In this document: in pieces, positions 1 through 11,159 of the stretch
Position numbering within the stretch: position 1 is the first letter of the stretch
Layout of the letters: every line of letters begins with the position of its first letter
NCBI GenBank assembly: GCA_051942205.1
Contig: JAVECO010000182.1
Span: forward strand, 1-44,883
DNA length: 44,883 bases
Source: Coniocarpon cinnabarinum
Lineage: Eukaryota
Reading direction: 5' to 3'
The notes under the pieces: generated by a model
Told to the model about the DNA's origin: nothing
What the model saw: the letters and a program-made list of their open reading frames with translations, nothing else
Databases searched by the model: none
Translations under genes and position numbers: made by a program

Positions 1-234
1 GAGCCCCCAACCCCCAAAGCTGCTCCGCCGGGCCAAACCTGCCTGCCTGCCTCCCCCATTTCACGGCCCTTTAAGAAGCCTCGCTTGCCGGCTCTGTCCA
101 CTTTTTCTCTTTTTTCTTCACTCCCTCTCCTGGTCTCTCCTGCACCTTCATCTTGGCGTTCTGCTGTCCTGCGTGAACGCCCGTCCTCTCACTAGCCCCT
201 CCTCGCCGAAACCCCGCTTTCCATCCCCTCCAGC

Positions 235-936
235 ATGTCTACTCGCGGCCGCAAGAGAGGCGCCGATGAGCAGGAGGAGGAACTCCAGGCGCTGCCGTCT
301 GACGAGTCGGATGAGGAGGAGGAGTATGTCTCCATCATTGCACATCCCCCCGCCATCCTGACCTCCTCGCCCCTCCCTTCGTGCTGTTTCGCACCGTTTA
401 TCCAGAGCTTGCGTGCCTCGAACATCTCTTCCGACTGTACTAACTTCGTCGCCTCGACAGGTATGAAGAATCAGACGTAGGCGAAGGCGAAGGTGGCGAG
501 CAGGATGAAGAGAGCGAAGAGGACGAGGCTGATGCCGAGGATCGCGCCGAGAAAGGCGAGGCTGGCGGTAAGTCTTACCACCTCGGCTTGCTAAGCTCGT
601 CATCACCTCTTCTGCCTTACATCGTGGTTCAAATTCAGGCCATGGACTTGACTGACGCTGGACACAGCTCAACCTGCCACCAAGAAGCGCAAGACTGAGC
701 CCACTGCTGCTCCTGAAGAGGTTGGAGATGATGAAGTCGAGGAGGCGGAGGGCGATGATGACGAGGAGGAAGAAGCCGAAGGAGATGAGGATGACGATGT
801 GGAGGAAGAAGAAGCGGACGCAACAGCCAAGTCGAGCGGTCCCGGTACCAGCGTCAAGGGTGAGAAGAAGCGCGTGCCCAAGGAGGGCAATATCGACCAG
901 GTTGATAAAGCCATTGAAGAGGCTGAAGCTGAGTAG
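235..936 (+). CDS. Small, highly acidic, low-complexity protein with basic NLS-like motifs (3 exons: 235-323, 461-567, 668-936)
   Basis: ATG at 235. Introns GTATGT..CTAAC..CAG (324-460) and GTAAGT..CTGAC..CAG (568-667) join in frame to give MSTRGRKRGADEQEEELQALPSDESDEEEEYEESDVG...AQPATKKRKTEP...AIEEAEAE*. Confidence 0.8.
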
Positions 937-1481
937 AGCTCACCTCAGACTCACGGCGTCCGGATTGCTCCTCGCAAAAGCCACTGTACCTTGTTGGATC
1001 AAAGTCGAAGAAGCATAGGTGGAATGAAGTCTATAAGTGTCAAATTGCTGTCCACGTGTTCATGCCCGACTAGTCAATCCTGCAATTGGCCTCATCACGT
1101 GAGCAATTTCGTTCCCATTTGCAGGTAACGTCACAGCTTTGGAGCACTGCATCGTACACCAAATACAGGCAATGAGACTGTGGATTGGCATTTCACTTGG
1201 TTCGAGGGTCTCATGATGCTCAGCGGTGTGCCCTCACTCCAACGCTTCGTGCTTCGACCGGCGACTGATGCCCCATCTCGCACTTCTCTCGCGCCCCAGC
1301 GTCAATTCCACTGCCCAATGCGCGTATTTCACCATCGTGTCTGCCAGGCGCGAGCGAGAAGGGTTGGTCTCATCTCGCGAAGAGTACGCATGCTTTTGAT
1401 TTGTCTAATCGTAAGACACGACTAAATCGCTCTGAACGCTAACAACAAATGCATCGGAACTCCCACCCCTCGTTCAATCGC

Positions 1482-3627
1482 TCATCGGCCAGAGCGTCTC
1501 CGCGTTTGCTCTCTGCGCTGTTTCGCAGTCGCTGAGAACTAGTCAGCTCATGTGGATTTGTTTGGACCTTTGGGTGAACTTACCTTCGTCATAGATCAAA
1601 AATTCGTGGAGCGCACTCCCAGCCGGTACCATAGGAAGCACAGGAACTTTCTGGTCGGTCACGATTTCCAGCAGCGCTGGACCGTCACCACTTTCGAAGA
1701 GCAGCCAATGCAGCTTCTCCTTCAGCTCCTTCGGTGTCATTGCTCGATCTGCTTTAACGCGCATCGACTCTGCCAATTTGACGAAATCTGGATTCTTTTG
1801 ATGCGTATGCGCAAAGCGGTCCTCATAGAACAAAGTTTGCCATTGCGTCACCATACCTTGCTCCTCATTGTTGAGAACCACAATCTTGACGCCAATGTTG
1901 AATTCAGCAGCGGTCGAAAGCTCTGTCTGCGTCATGCAAAAGGAGGCATCGCCGTCAATGTCGACGACCAAGCACTCTGGTCGAGCGACTTTGGCACCGA
2001 TCGAAGCAGGCAGTCCGTACCCCATGGTGCCCAGACCGCCAGATGTGATCATAGTCCTGGGATGGCGCCATCGAAAATGCTGCGCTGCCCACATTTGATG
2101 TTGTCCTACGCCTGTAGTGATCAAAGTCTCGTGCTTCTGATGTGCCGTCATGTCAGAGATCTCTTTCATCACGGTCTGGGGTTTGATCAATCCTCCTGGC
2201 GTTTCTTTTTCATAAGCCCAAGGAAAGCGTGCTTTCCAGTCATTGATTTGTCCAAACCATTCTGGTCGCTCTTTCACTTGGTTTACTTGCGGCAAGAGTA
2301 GTCCAAGATTCGTAACCACATCACCTTCGACAGCTTCGGTTGCTTGTACAACCTTGTTGATGTTCTTGGGCATGATCTCGAAGTGGATGATACCACCACG
2401 GCCTTCTGCAGCCGCCGCTTTCGCTTGTGGCGCAAACGCCGTCACCATGCCGGTGATACGATCATCGAACCGTGCGCCTAGTGCGATGACTAGATCTGCC
2501 TCTTGCATGGCCATGTTTGCAAACGCAGAACCATGCATACCAAGCATGTGTAGTGACTTTGGGTCAAGCTCGTCAAAACCCCCTAGGCCTTGTAGCGTGG
2601 TCGTCACCGGGATGTTGGCTTTGTCGGACAGCTCTTTGAGCAGTCTTGGACCATCTGGTGAGCTCAGAACTCCTTGACCAGCATACACGACAGGCTTTTT
2701 GGCTATGTTTATAAGATGTGCAGATCGAGAAATTGCGCCCTCGAGCTGTTTCTTACTCAATTCTCGCGCAGCCATCGTCGCAGCGCTTGGATGACTAGGG
2801 AGAGTGCTGGTGATAGGGATGGGTCTTTGTAGTACACCGCCAGTCACGTCTTTAGGCAAGTCCACAAGTACGGGCCCCGGACGACCAGACGTGGCAATCT
2901 CGAATGCCTCGTTGATCCGTCGAGGGAGCTCGGCAATGTTTTTGACCATGACATTCCATTTTGTGCATGCTCTGCTGATGCCGATAGTGTCTGCTTCTTG
3001 AAACGCGTCCGAGCCAATAGCAGCTGTCGGAACTTGCCCACAGAATACCACCAGTGGAGTGCCGTCCATAAGCGCATCTTGTATTGGCGTTATGACGTTG
3101 GTGGCTCCAGGACCGGATGTCACGAGCACGACGCCCGGCTTGCCAGACGCTCTCGCATATCCTTCCGCCATGTGTCCGGCACCTTGCTCGTGTCGTGGTA
3201 GGATGAAGTCGAAGTGTTTGGAGTTGAAGATTGCATCAAACACAGGTAGAATGGCACCGCCAGGATAACCAAAGACCTTCTTAACATCCTGCCGCAACAT
3301 CATCTCGTGGAAGATCTCACCCCCCTTCATGCCCACGAAGGAATGGTCCATCTCTTGTGGCCGGTATGGCTGCAGTGGCTGAACATTGTTCCATCGTGCG
3401 CGCTCTTGGTTGAATGCTGGCGAAGGCGTTGACCGAGGTTGTGGCTCCGGCGCAGTTGCTGCTGCTGTGCTCTGTCCCCTCTTCGATACTTCGTTGTCCC
3501 TAGATTGTTGTGGGAGAGGAGCGCCCGGCCTGTGAGCGGAGATGGCGGCGCGTGTGGAGCTGGTGGAAATTTGACGAGTCTTGCTAAGAGCGCGGAGAGC
3601 GCACCGCGGCTGGCGAACCGGATTCAT
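1482..3627 (-). CDS. ILV2: Acetolactate synthase (AHAS) catalytic subunit, mitochondrial precursor
   Basis: Motifs FGYPGGAILP, RHEQGAGHMAEGYAR, TSGPGATN, RFDDR and the TPP-binding GDASF...NN are present, after an Arg-rich presequence. A terminal intron at 1583-1532 (GTAAGT..GCTGAC..CAG) adds ATAKQRREQTRRRSGR*. Confidence 0.97.
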
Positions 3628-3715
3628 GGTGAACTGTACGCGCCTTGAAGCGTAAGACTTGGGCTGTCGAGGGACTGAGACGGATGGTAGCCCAGGGAAA
3701 GATTTTTACACAGCG

Positions 3716-3722
3716 TGAGTCA
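3716..3722. promoter_or_regulatory. Gcn4/CpcA (cross-pathway control) element TGAGTCA
   Basis: Perfect TGA(C/G)TCA match about 90 bp upstream of the ILV2 ATG. ILV2 is a known Gcn4 target in yeast. Confidence 0.6.
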
Positions 3723-3799
3723 AAAGCAGGACGCATCTAGAACTGGGAGGAGCCAGGGCAAGCTTTCTCCGCAATTTCATCAATTTTATCCTAGCTCAC

Positions 3800-3811
3800 G
3801 CCGATCTCGGC
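3800..3811. promoter_or_regulatory. Leu3/LeuB-type binding site GCCG-N4-CGGC
   Basis: GCCGATCTCGGC matches the CCG-N4-CGG everted repeat, about 175 bp upstream of the ILV2 ATG. Confidence 0.6.
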
Positions 3812-4026
3812 CTGGCGGCCTCGTTCCAATGGATGGTCACATGACATCTTAGGGGGAACGGTATCCCCAGCCATTCTCATCCGGATCACCAAACTTTCTG
3901 AATAGAGACATCCAACTCTCACGCAATATCACTGGAAATAAAAACATTTATCGCATAGCTCATAACGAGGGACGATGGCATTTGCCCGTGTGAGCATGAG
4001 CAATCCCAGCCCAGCTTCTATCGCGG

Positions 4027-5797
4027 TCATCCCAGCGCTCCATTTTGCACGCGGTCCATTAAGTCCTGCTGCACCTGATCGCCGTGCTTTACATACGTCT
4101 CGTCAATCTCCGGCATATATTCCCTGATTGCGTGGACCCTCTGCAAGCTTCCTTTCGAGGCTCTCGGCAAGGGTCTCTCCTGTTTGACTAGGAGAATATG
4201 GCTCTTAGCGATCTGCGCAACCTTTTGCGTCTCTTTGTTGATATCCTGCGCACGAGCCCAGATGCTATCCCTAACAGATTCCACGCCAGATGCAGCAGCC
4301 TGCTGGTATCCCTTCTCGTTCAGCTCAACAAGCGCTACGACTTGAGCGTGTTGAGAGCCAAAAAGAAGTGATGAACGAACAAGTGGATGACTGTTCAATT
4401 GGTTTTCGATGTCGAGCGGGTGCAGCTTCAAACCGTTGGAGAAGCAAATGAGATCGTCAGCTCTGCCATAGTACCGCCATGTCTTTTCCTTGGTTGGATG
4501 CTTCTCCCACAAGTCACCTGGCGCCCATTCATTGTGGTCCGGGCTGCGAGCGAAGCACATTGAGTAAGGGTCAGACTCTGGTCGACGGACGAGGAATAAT
4601 TCGTACAGATCCCCTCCTTGGTGTCCGTGCCCATGGTCGCCTGAGGCGGGCCGCCACTCAATGCCGCTGTAGAAGTCGTCGAGGCAGACATACATCCAAT
4701 CTTCAGGGGGCAGGGCACCATGTACCACAGTGCCGGTCTCACTCGAGCCCCACCAATTAGCCAGCTTGACACCCGACGTCACCAAAATATTCGCGAAGGT
4801 GGGATTCAACATAGCCCCGCCGTAGACAACATGCTTCAACTTCGCAAGTTCGGTCAAGTACTGTCCTGACCTCGCCAACTCTTCAAGCAGATGTGGCGGC
4901 ATGATTGCAGCTGTCAGGGGAGCATGCTTCAAAGCGCCCACCGTATCCTCAAAGGTCGTGAGCCGATCGGGATGACACCAAACTTGAACCATATTACCGT
5001 AGACCATCAGCGGGAAGAGAAAGCCGACACAAAGGCCATGAAACGGCGCAAACCCGCTCAGAACTGGCCCGTTAAGGTAGTTCTGCAGTAAAGCTCGGCG
5101 GAAGCCTGTCTCTGGATCGACTTCTGGCAGTGAACATTGAGCTTCGAAGACTGAGATGGCCCAATTGTTGTAGGTGATTGGCTTTGGCAACCCGGTTGTG
5201 CCAGAAGTGTGAAGAATGAGGTACTCGTCAAACTTTGCTTCGTCAAACGATTTGGGAAATGTGTACTGTTGCTTGGTGGGAGCATCAAGGAGCTCATCAA
5301 GCTCAGGAGCAATCACGTGCTTCAAGGGCTCCCCATCGAGGATGTCGTTCACCTTAACGCCGTGTGTAGAGACCATGACCGTGCATTCTGTTTTGCGAAT
5401 GAGATTCAGGTGTGCTGCGAGACTGTTCAGGTGTGAAGAGAACAACACTCTGTTACCTGTCTTGGCTGCCGCGGCGGATATCATGTAATATCGCATATCC
5501 TGTGACCTTCATTCAACGCGATGATAAATGTCTGGACTGTTCGGCAGTACTCACCGGCTTGCCCAGGTAAGCGAAAGTATGTGTCTTATTGGAATCGCCC
5601 AGCTGTCGGTCGAGGAACCACGCCAAAATGTTGACAGCATTTGCGAGTTCGCGGAAGGTGACTTTTCGATATCCATCTTCGAGGTCTAAAGTGTGTGGCT
5701 TCAGTGCCCACGTCCTATCCGGATCGATCCTAGCGATTTCATCGATGGTATGAACTAACAGTCGACGCCCATGAGTTTGTGTATCCTTGATGACCAT
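4027..5797 (-). CDS. Stand-alone adenylate-forming (AMP-binding) enzyme resembling the A domain of NRPS-like carboxylic acid reductases
   Basis: Exon 1 5797-5555 (MVIKDTQTHGRRLL...AYLGKP), intron 5554-5500 (GTGAGT..CAG), exon 2 DMRYY... Motifs LHTSGTTGLPKP, WGSSETG, GDLW, GRADD and KGSLQR are present. The ORF stops before any T or R domain. Confidence 0.9.
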
Positions 5798-8666
5798 GTT
5801 GGTGCCAATGTCTTTGTCTGGATGGCTTTGACTCTGGAGAAGCAGTGAGGGCGAAGCACTTCGATGGCCCCTTGATGTATGTTTACTTGTGCGCGGACCA
5901 AGGACTTGCGTTCGACGCGAAATGTCGTTCCGTTCGGTTCGGGGGCTGAAGTGTTGCACCGAGGATCCCAGTCAACTGCGCCGCAGGGAATTACTAGCGC
6001 GTTCGACTGATCCTCCTAGGTGTAGAACGTGTTACGTACGGAGAAACACGGGGTGGGTTCCTTTCTCCGTTTGCGTCTTGCGCCGCGTGATAGAAATCGA
6101 AACATGGCGTACCGCCCCAAGAGATCGCCGGGATCGACGGAACAGTCATATTTCCATCACAGGCCAGGTACGCGGGTGGTCAACAAAAAATGGAGCTGTG
6201 ACGCCGTGGAGCTCACTCAGAATCCTATGACCGTTCAAGACGTGTGGGGTTGTTGTATTTTCCTTTGCGATGAGCTTCCCACAGGGAAAGAATCGCTTCG
6301 CTTTGGCTGTGATCGGTCCTGGCATCCAGAGCTAATACATTGCAGGACCGCTTCGATCCGTAGTTCTATCTTTCATGTTAGCTGTATAACATTGTGCTGA
6401 GTACATGTTCCAGGTGTTTTGCGCTCACCTCTGAAAGCAATGCACGTCGTGTGCATGAAATGCTGCACGTGACGTCGGCCTGCCTTAATCAGGCAAAGCA
6501 TACGTCGAAAGGTGTTTGGATATGCATCCGGCTGTGCGGTTTGATGTGGGTACCAACCAGGTTAGATGTGGTATATTGATTAGCTTGTCTTGTCGTATTC
6601 CCTCCCCTCATGCAGCACTGATCAACTTGTTCGGCTCCGAAGCTGCACAAGCCGTGCCGAGAAGACTGAATGACAGCTTCGAGACTGAGACAGCTTGCAC
6701 GTTGGGAAGCCTGAGGCCATCGTTCCTCAAAGAGAGCCGAACACCGATGTCTTGTCGAACGCGACGCGCTTCAAGCGACTGTGTTACTGTGAATCCATTC
6801 GCCAGCATGGTCGCACCGCTCGCTGTCTCGCGTCCATTGATGAGCACAGCCGACGGGACGTGAGATGCTTGATGGCTAGCAGGCTTGCACAATGCGTTAT
6901 TTCTGCGTGGTACCATCAGACGCGTAACAGAAAAGGTCTTCTCCGGTGCAGGACTGACAATGAAGCCAACGAACTTTAGTGCAACGCCCAGGACGTCGCG
7001 AGCTCCGAAGTACGACAGGAGTGATGAAGAATGCTAGCCGTTTGCTCGGAGGGACGTTTGCCCAGCGGAGTCGGACGCTCTATCGATTATTGGTGCTGCT
7101 GACCAGGGATGCTTCCCGTGATGTGTGTTGCGAATGAGCTCGCACGTAGGCAGGGGCTTGTTGAGTAGCATTTGCTACCATTGAAGGTTCCACAGGAGAC
7201 CCATCTCGTACTCTTTCTAACGCTGACGACAGGTCTATCTAGACCGGTGATCCATGCTTTCGCTATTACAAGCCGGCACGTGTGGTAAGCGATCCCGGAC
7301 CAAAGTCATCACAGACTCACGTACTCTTGGCCAAAACTTCCACAACCCAGCACGACCCTTCAGACTAAGCGAGCAACCCCAGGTCACCCCCAACGGCCAA
7401 TCGCCGCCAACGAATCAATTTGGACCGAGCAATCAGTCCGGGGCTGAGGACTCATTCGAAATGTACACCACGTTGAAGGACTAACTGCCGGACTTCAGCG
7501 CCTTGCGAACTAGCACAACACAGACATAGGAGCGACCGATGGAACAGGAATATACCGTCGACACACTAGACCATGCGACCGCGAAGGAGCACACGGAAGG
7601 CCGACATAGTACACGAAGGCATTCGATGACGCCAGCCCAAAGCCCTTTCCAGCCTCATAAGTTTTCTGAGCAGTGTCAGCCCCGAACATAGTTTCCTGAC
7701 GTCCAAAATTCTAGACGATTAGAAAGATTTGCCAACAAGTCCTGGCTTTTCGTATTATTAAACGTTAAGCAGCAGCCGTGACTCTAGATTCTTGCCAACA
7801 ACTGTAGATTAACTAGAGCTTGGGAAAGGAAACTGCTGCATTCCAGTAAGAGCAGATTTAACGCTCTTTAATGCAGTGCTCTAGGATACCCAGAGTTGTT
7901 TCGCTGTCATGCCCATAGCTTGGAGATTTGATAGGTCTTTGCAATGGAAGGTCTTTTCTTAGACTTGACTTCTGAGCTGACTGCCTTGCTGTAATCCATT
8001 GGTCTTCTTCACTTCCAACTCATCTCAGGTTGTTTGGTTGTCCATGTCTACCTACACTTTGCACACTATGTCGTCTTGATGAATGATTAAATTGATTCGA
8101 AGAAGCTGTCTCCTACCATTTGCGAACTGTCCCGCTTCACTGTCTATGACGACTCTTCCTAATAGCAATAGAAAATACTCTTTTCGAGCTATGTTTCGCG
8201 AATATTAATCATTGGGACCCTAAGCGAGATAGGTAAGACCTTTCGACCAGTTGGTACCGCAAGGTGAAGCAACAACACTTATAATCCTTTACCCTTCCTT
8301 TCATTCTGGTGGTGCTCCTGATGAGCCTCGAGAAGTTTTAGCAGCAAAGTTCCTGTACATGCGTCTATGGGATGGCTATACACTCAGACATGTCGCACAA
8401 AAATGCATGAAAAGCTTCGTCGAAAGATTGGCCTGAGCTTCAAGAATCCCGATAAGGTCCCGAAAGAATAAGGAAATGATATGATATTCACGTTGCCGCT
8501 GCGGCGCCACGATTCTCGATCTCGTACCTTGTTATAAGACAATGAGCCAATCAGAAATGAATATCATGATTACGTAATATTACTAGTGTGCTTACATCTT
8601 TTACGTAGATATAAGATGTAAAGATTTCGAGCTCGATGTTACAGGCGCCGTAGCGTAATGGCAACG

Positions 8667-8714
8667 GTAAGAACTGACTCCTCATTCGTTTCCCTCTCTT
8701 GCTGACACAGTCAG
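8667..8714 (+). other. Spliceosomal-type intron in the tRNA D-stem (between positions 24 and 25)
   Basis: GTAAGA donor, pyrimidine tract, GCTGAC branch (8701-8706), CAG acceptor (8712-8714); 48 nt. Removal restores the GCGT/ACGC D-stem. Confidence 0.82.
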
Positions 8715-8727
8715 CGCCACTTTCCGG

Positions 8728-8792
8728 CTGTTTTTCACCTTGCTGCCCTGGGCACAGCTCAGGACGTGAGTTTGCGAGAACTTGGAGGAGTA
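8728..8792 (+). other. Canonical tRNA (SEN endonuclease-type) intron at 37/38
   Basis: Begins one base 3' of the CCG anticodon and has no GT-AG ends. GGAG at 8787-8790 can pair with U32-U33-C34-C35, with the antepenultimate G opposite U32 (the A-I pair). Confidence 0.82.
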
Positions 8793-8826
8793 TGGTGGAG
8801 ATTGTGGGTTCGAGTCCCATCGGCGT

Positions 8827-8893
8827 GTGAGTTCACTGCGTTCTGCAGCAATTCTAGTCGTACAAAAGGTCTGAGCTAACGTGATGATTCTAG
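8827..8893 (+). other. Spliceosomal-type intron in the tRNA acceptor stem (between positions 71 and 72)
   Basis: GTGAGT donor, GCTAAC branch (8875-8880), TAG acceptor; 67 nt. Removal replaces a G1:G72 mismatch with G1-C72 and supplies discriminator G73. Confidence 0.8.
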
Positions 8894-8930
8894 CGTTGTC
8901 AATCCTTGGCTCAGATCAAGATTAAACATG

Positions 8931-8944
8931 TTTTTTTCCTTTTT
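8931..8944 (+). terminator. Candidate Pol III terminator (T7-CC-T5) of the tRNA gene
   Basis: First T run of 6 or more after the gene start, about 35 nt downstream of the last exon. Confidence 0.55.
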
Positions 8945-9436
8945 ATAACGTCTAGAACAGCTTGACTTTACTCATTTGAACCAGGGTGTTTTCATTTCTC
9001 TTACGGTTCTGAAAATATCTACAGGCGTCCTCTCGAAATTGACTGGGAGATAGAGACAGTCTACGTTGCTTGAGCTGTGCTCGAATGTTAAGACTTTCGT
9101 GTTTTGGCCATACTTCGCAAGCAGACTCCGTGATCGGGCCTCTTTACCCTTGTCGTTATTGATATTTTACGCTGTGTTTAACTCTAGGATTTGGCTGAGT
9201 AAATATGGCGGAAAGGGGTCGAAAGGGGTGGGGCGGCAATAATTTATATGAATTTGTTGCCGCCTCACGAGATGACGAGGTAAGCGAGGTCCCTGACACT
9301 ACTTTTCAGGTTTATTGCCTTACAGGCTCTATCCAAGAAGAAGCGTGTGAGCTAATGGCATGTCGTGTTTCCCCGTTGCGACGACTTAGAACTATGCATA
9401 TATGGAGGCGTTGCCCACCGTCCAAGAGCCCCCGAT

Positions 9437-10522
9437 TCACAGCTTGCTTCTCGCACCTTCTGTCCTCACCAATGCCCGGCCATTGCTCAACGCGACCTTG
9501 CCTGACCCTGTCTTGGCCACAAACACAATCTCCTCGGCGCCCTCCTCTTTTCTGCCCGTCTTCCACATCTCATACACCAGCTTCTCGCCCGGTTTGACGG
9601 GACTTGCGAACCGCGCTTCGTAACTTTGGAGACGTGCTCCGTCGCTGCCGCCGAAGGCCTTGAGCAGGTGATGCGCACCCACGTTCCCTGTACAGGTTCT
9701 GATTAGCTTCTCCTGGATCAAACCCACGACATAGAACCATCACCACACTCACAGCTGTACAACCCATGCATGATCGCCCCACCAAACCCCATCTTCTGCC
9801 CCGGCTCCGGCGTCGCATGCAACGGATTATAATCCCCATTCAACCGGTACAAATGCGCCGTCTCGGCACTCGTCTGCATCTCCATCGTCACATCCGGTGT
9901 CTTATCCCTCGGCGGCGAGTAATCCGGGCCCTTCTCCCCCTTGGGACCGCCCCAACCGCCCTGTCCCACGAAAAACCCACTCCCAATCACCTTGCTGTAC
10001 ACCTCCCCCGTGTTCGCATCCACAACCGCCTGCTCCGTCTCCATGACCGTCGCCTTGCCCTTGTCATAGACGCCGAGGACCTTGCTGCGGACTTCGAATT
10101 TGCGACCGGATGACGTGAGGGGGAGGAGCTTGTAGAAGAGCATTTTGCGTTGGCCGTCGACTACGCGGCGGGAGTCGAGGGTGGGGACGCCCGGGATGGC
10201 GCGCGTGCCGCCGGACTGGCGGGCGTAGAAGTCGACGACGTCGGTGTCGGTGTGCTTGAAGGGGAGGAGGATGGGGTAGGTGGGGAAGGGTTGGAAGGAG
10301 GGGTGGAGTTCCTGATGCAGAAAATGTCAGATTGGAATAATTCGAGGAGAGTGAGTGGTACAGTGGCGTCAAGGAGAGGTGAGAGTGTCTCAAAGGAGAT
10401 TGACGTACGTAGAGAAAGTGCAACTCATCGACTGTGCAGCCGATGCTGGCGGCGAAGAGGAGCAAGTCGCGTTTGTTCCAGGATACCTCGACTGGAGGAA
10501 ATTCGTGGCCTGCGCCTGCCAT
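9437..10522 (-). CDS. MaoC-like (hot-dog fold) peroxisomal enoyl-CoA hydratase 2/dehydratase
   Basis: Exons 10522-10409, 10311-9753 and 9687-9437 with GT-AG introns. Contains the hydratase-2 motif YRLNGDYNPLH, IMHGLYSWN, ARFASPVKPG and a C-terminal PTS1 -SKL. Confidence 0.95.
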
Positions 10523-11159
10523 GATGTGCTAAATGATCGATTGGATTGGACTTGTAGTATGCGAGTTTGATTCTATAGCATATATCTGCCTATGATAGGC
10601 AGATTGGAAAGAAAATGTGACCGTGCAAGTTCTGACGTACACAACGTGCTGATTGTTACCCAGAATCATAGCTTCAGAGCTAGCTAGCGGGGCTTGAGAT
10701 CCGAATATGCCGAGGTCTACTGGAGGATTATTACGAGTCAGTCACGCTCACCTACAGCACGTGTAAACCCTTAGAAGAAGGGGTATTAAAAGCGAGAGGG
10801 CTCCAATCTCTGCATTTTTGCTTGTCAGTGCATATCATCTGCGCTTTTATAGGGGACGTTAACATTTAATTCGGGTCTGCGATTTAGTGATAGCACAGAG
10901 AACAACGTTTTTGAGCATCATGACATGATCAAAACGTCGATGTTAGCGCTCTCAATGCGCCCCTTCAAACCTATGCTCTTCGTGAACCCAACAGTGTCCA
11001 GGATGCCACCCAAATCATCACCAGAGCTGATGAGTAAGAGCCAAGCTACTCACACGAGATTGCCCCTGTCTGTCCTGTCAGCGTAATGCCTGAAACACGA
11101 GGCTCTCACACCGCCAACAGCAACAAAATCCCGAGACACGCAAGGGATACACTAGCGCG

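Larger units (their letters stand above)
8644..8895 (+). tRNA. tRNA-Arg(CCG), 4 exons (8644-8666, 8715-8727, 8793-8826, 8894-8895), with two spliceosomal-type introns and one canonical 37/38 intron
   Basis: The joined exons read GGCGCCG TA GCGT AATGGCA ACGC G CCACT TT-CCG-GT GGTGG AGATT GTGGG TTCGAGT CCCAT CGGCGTC G (72 nt). All four stems pair. U8, A14, G18G19, U33, G37, TTCGA and the A15:U48 pair are present. The D arm and variable loop closely resemble yeast tRNA-Arg as recalled from memory. Confidence 0.88.

Noticed and set aside
1482..3627. ILV2 as a self-resistance copy in a toxin cluster
   Set aside because: The usual inhibitor-site residues look wild type (GGAIL, GQVP, DAFQE, RFDDR, MVTQW), housekeeping promoter sites are present, and no backbone gene is in the window.
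6000..8600. Short ORFs and a possibly degenerate AT-richer stretch
   Set aside because: No recognisable domain or consistent exon chain, and frequent stops.
8551..8820. 89-aa minus-strand ORF (MGLEPTIS...)
   Set aside because: It is the antisense reading of the tRNA T arm and introns, not a credible protein.
8871..8887. CTGA and GTGATGA resembling snoRNA D and C boxes
   Set aside because: They are in the wrong order for an intronic C/D snoRNA and overlap the branch and acceptor region. No guide sequence or terminal stem is seen.
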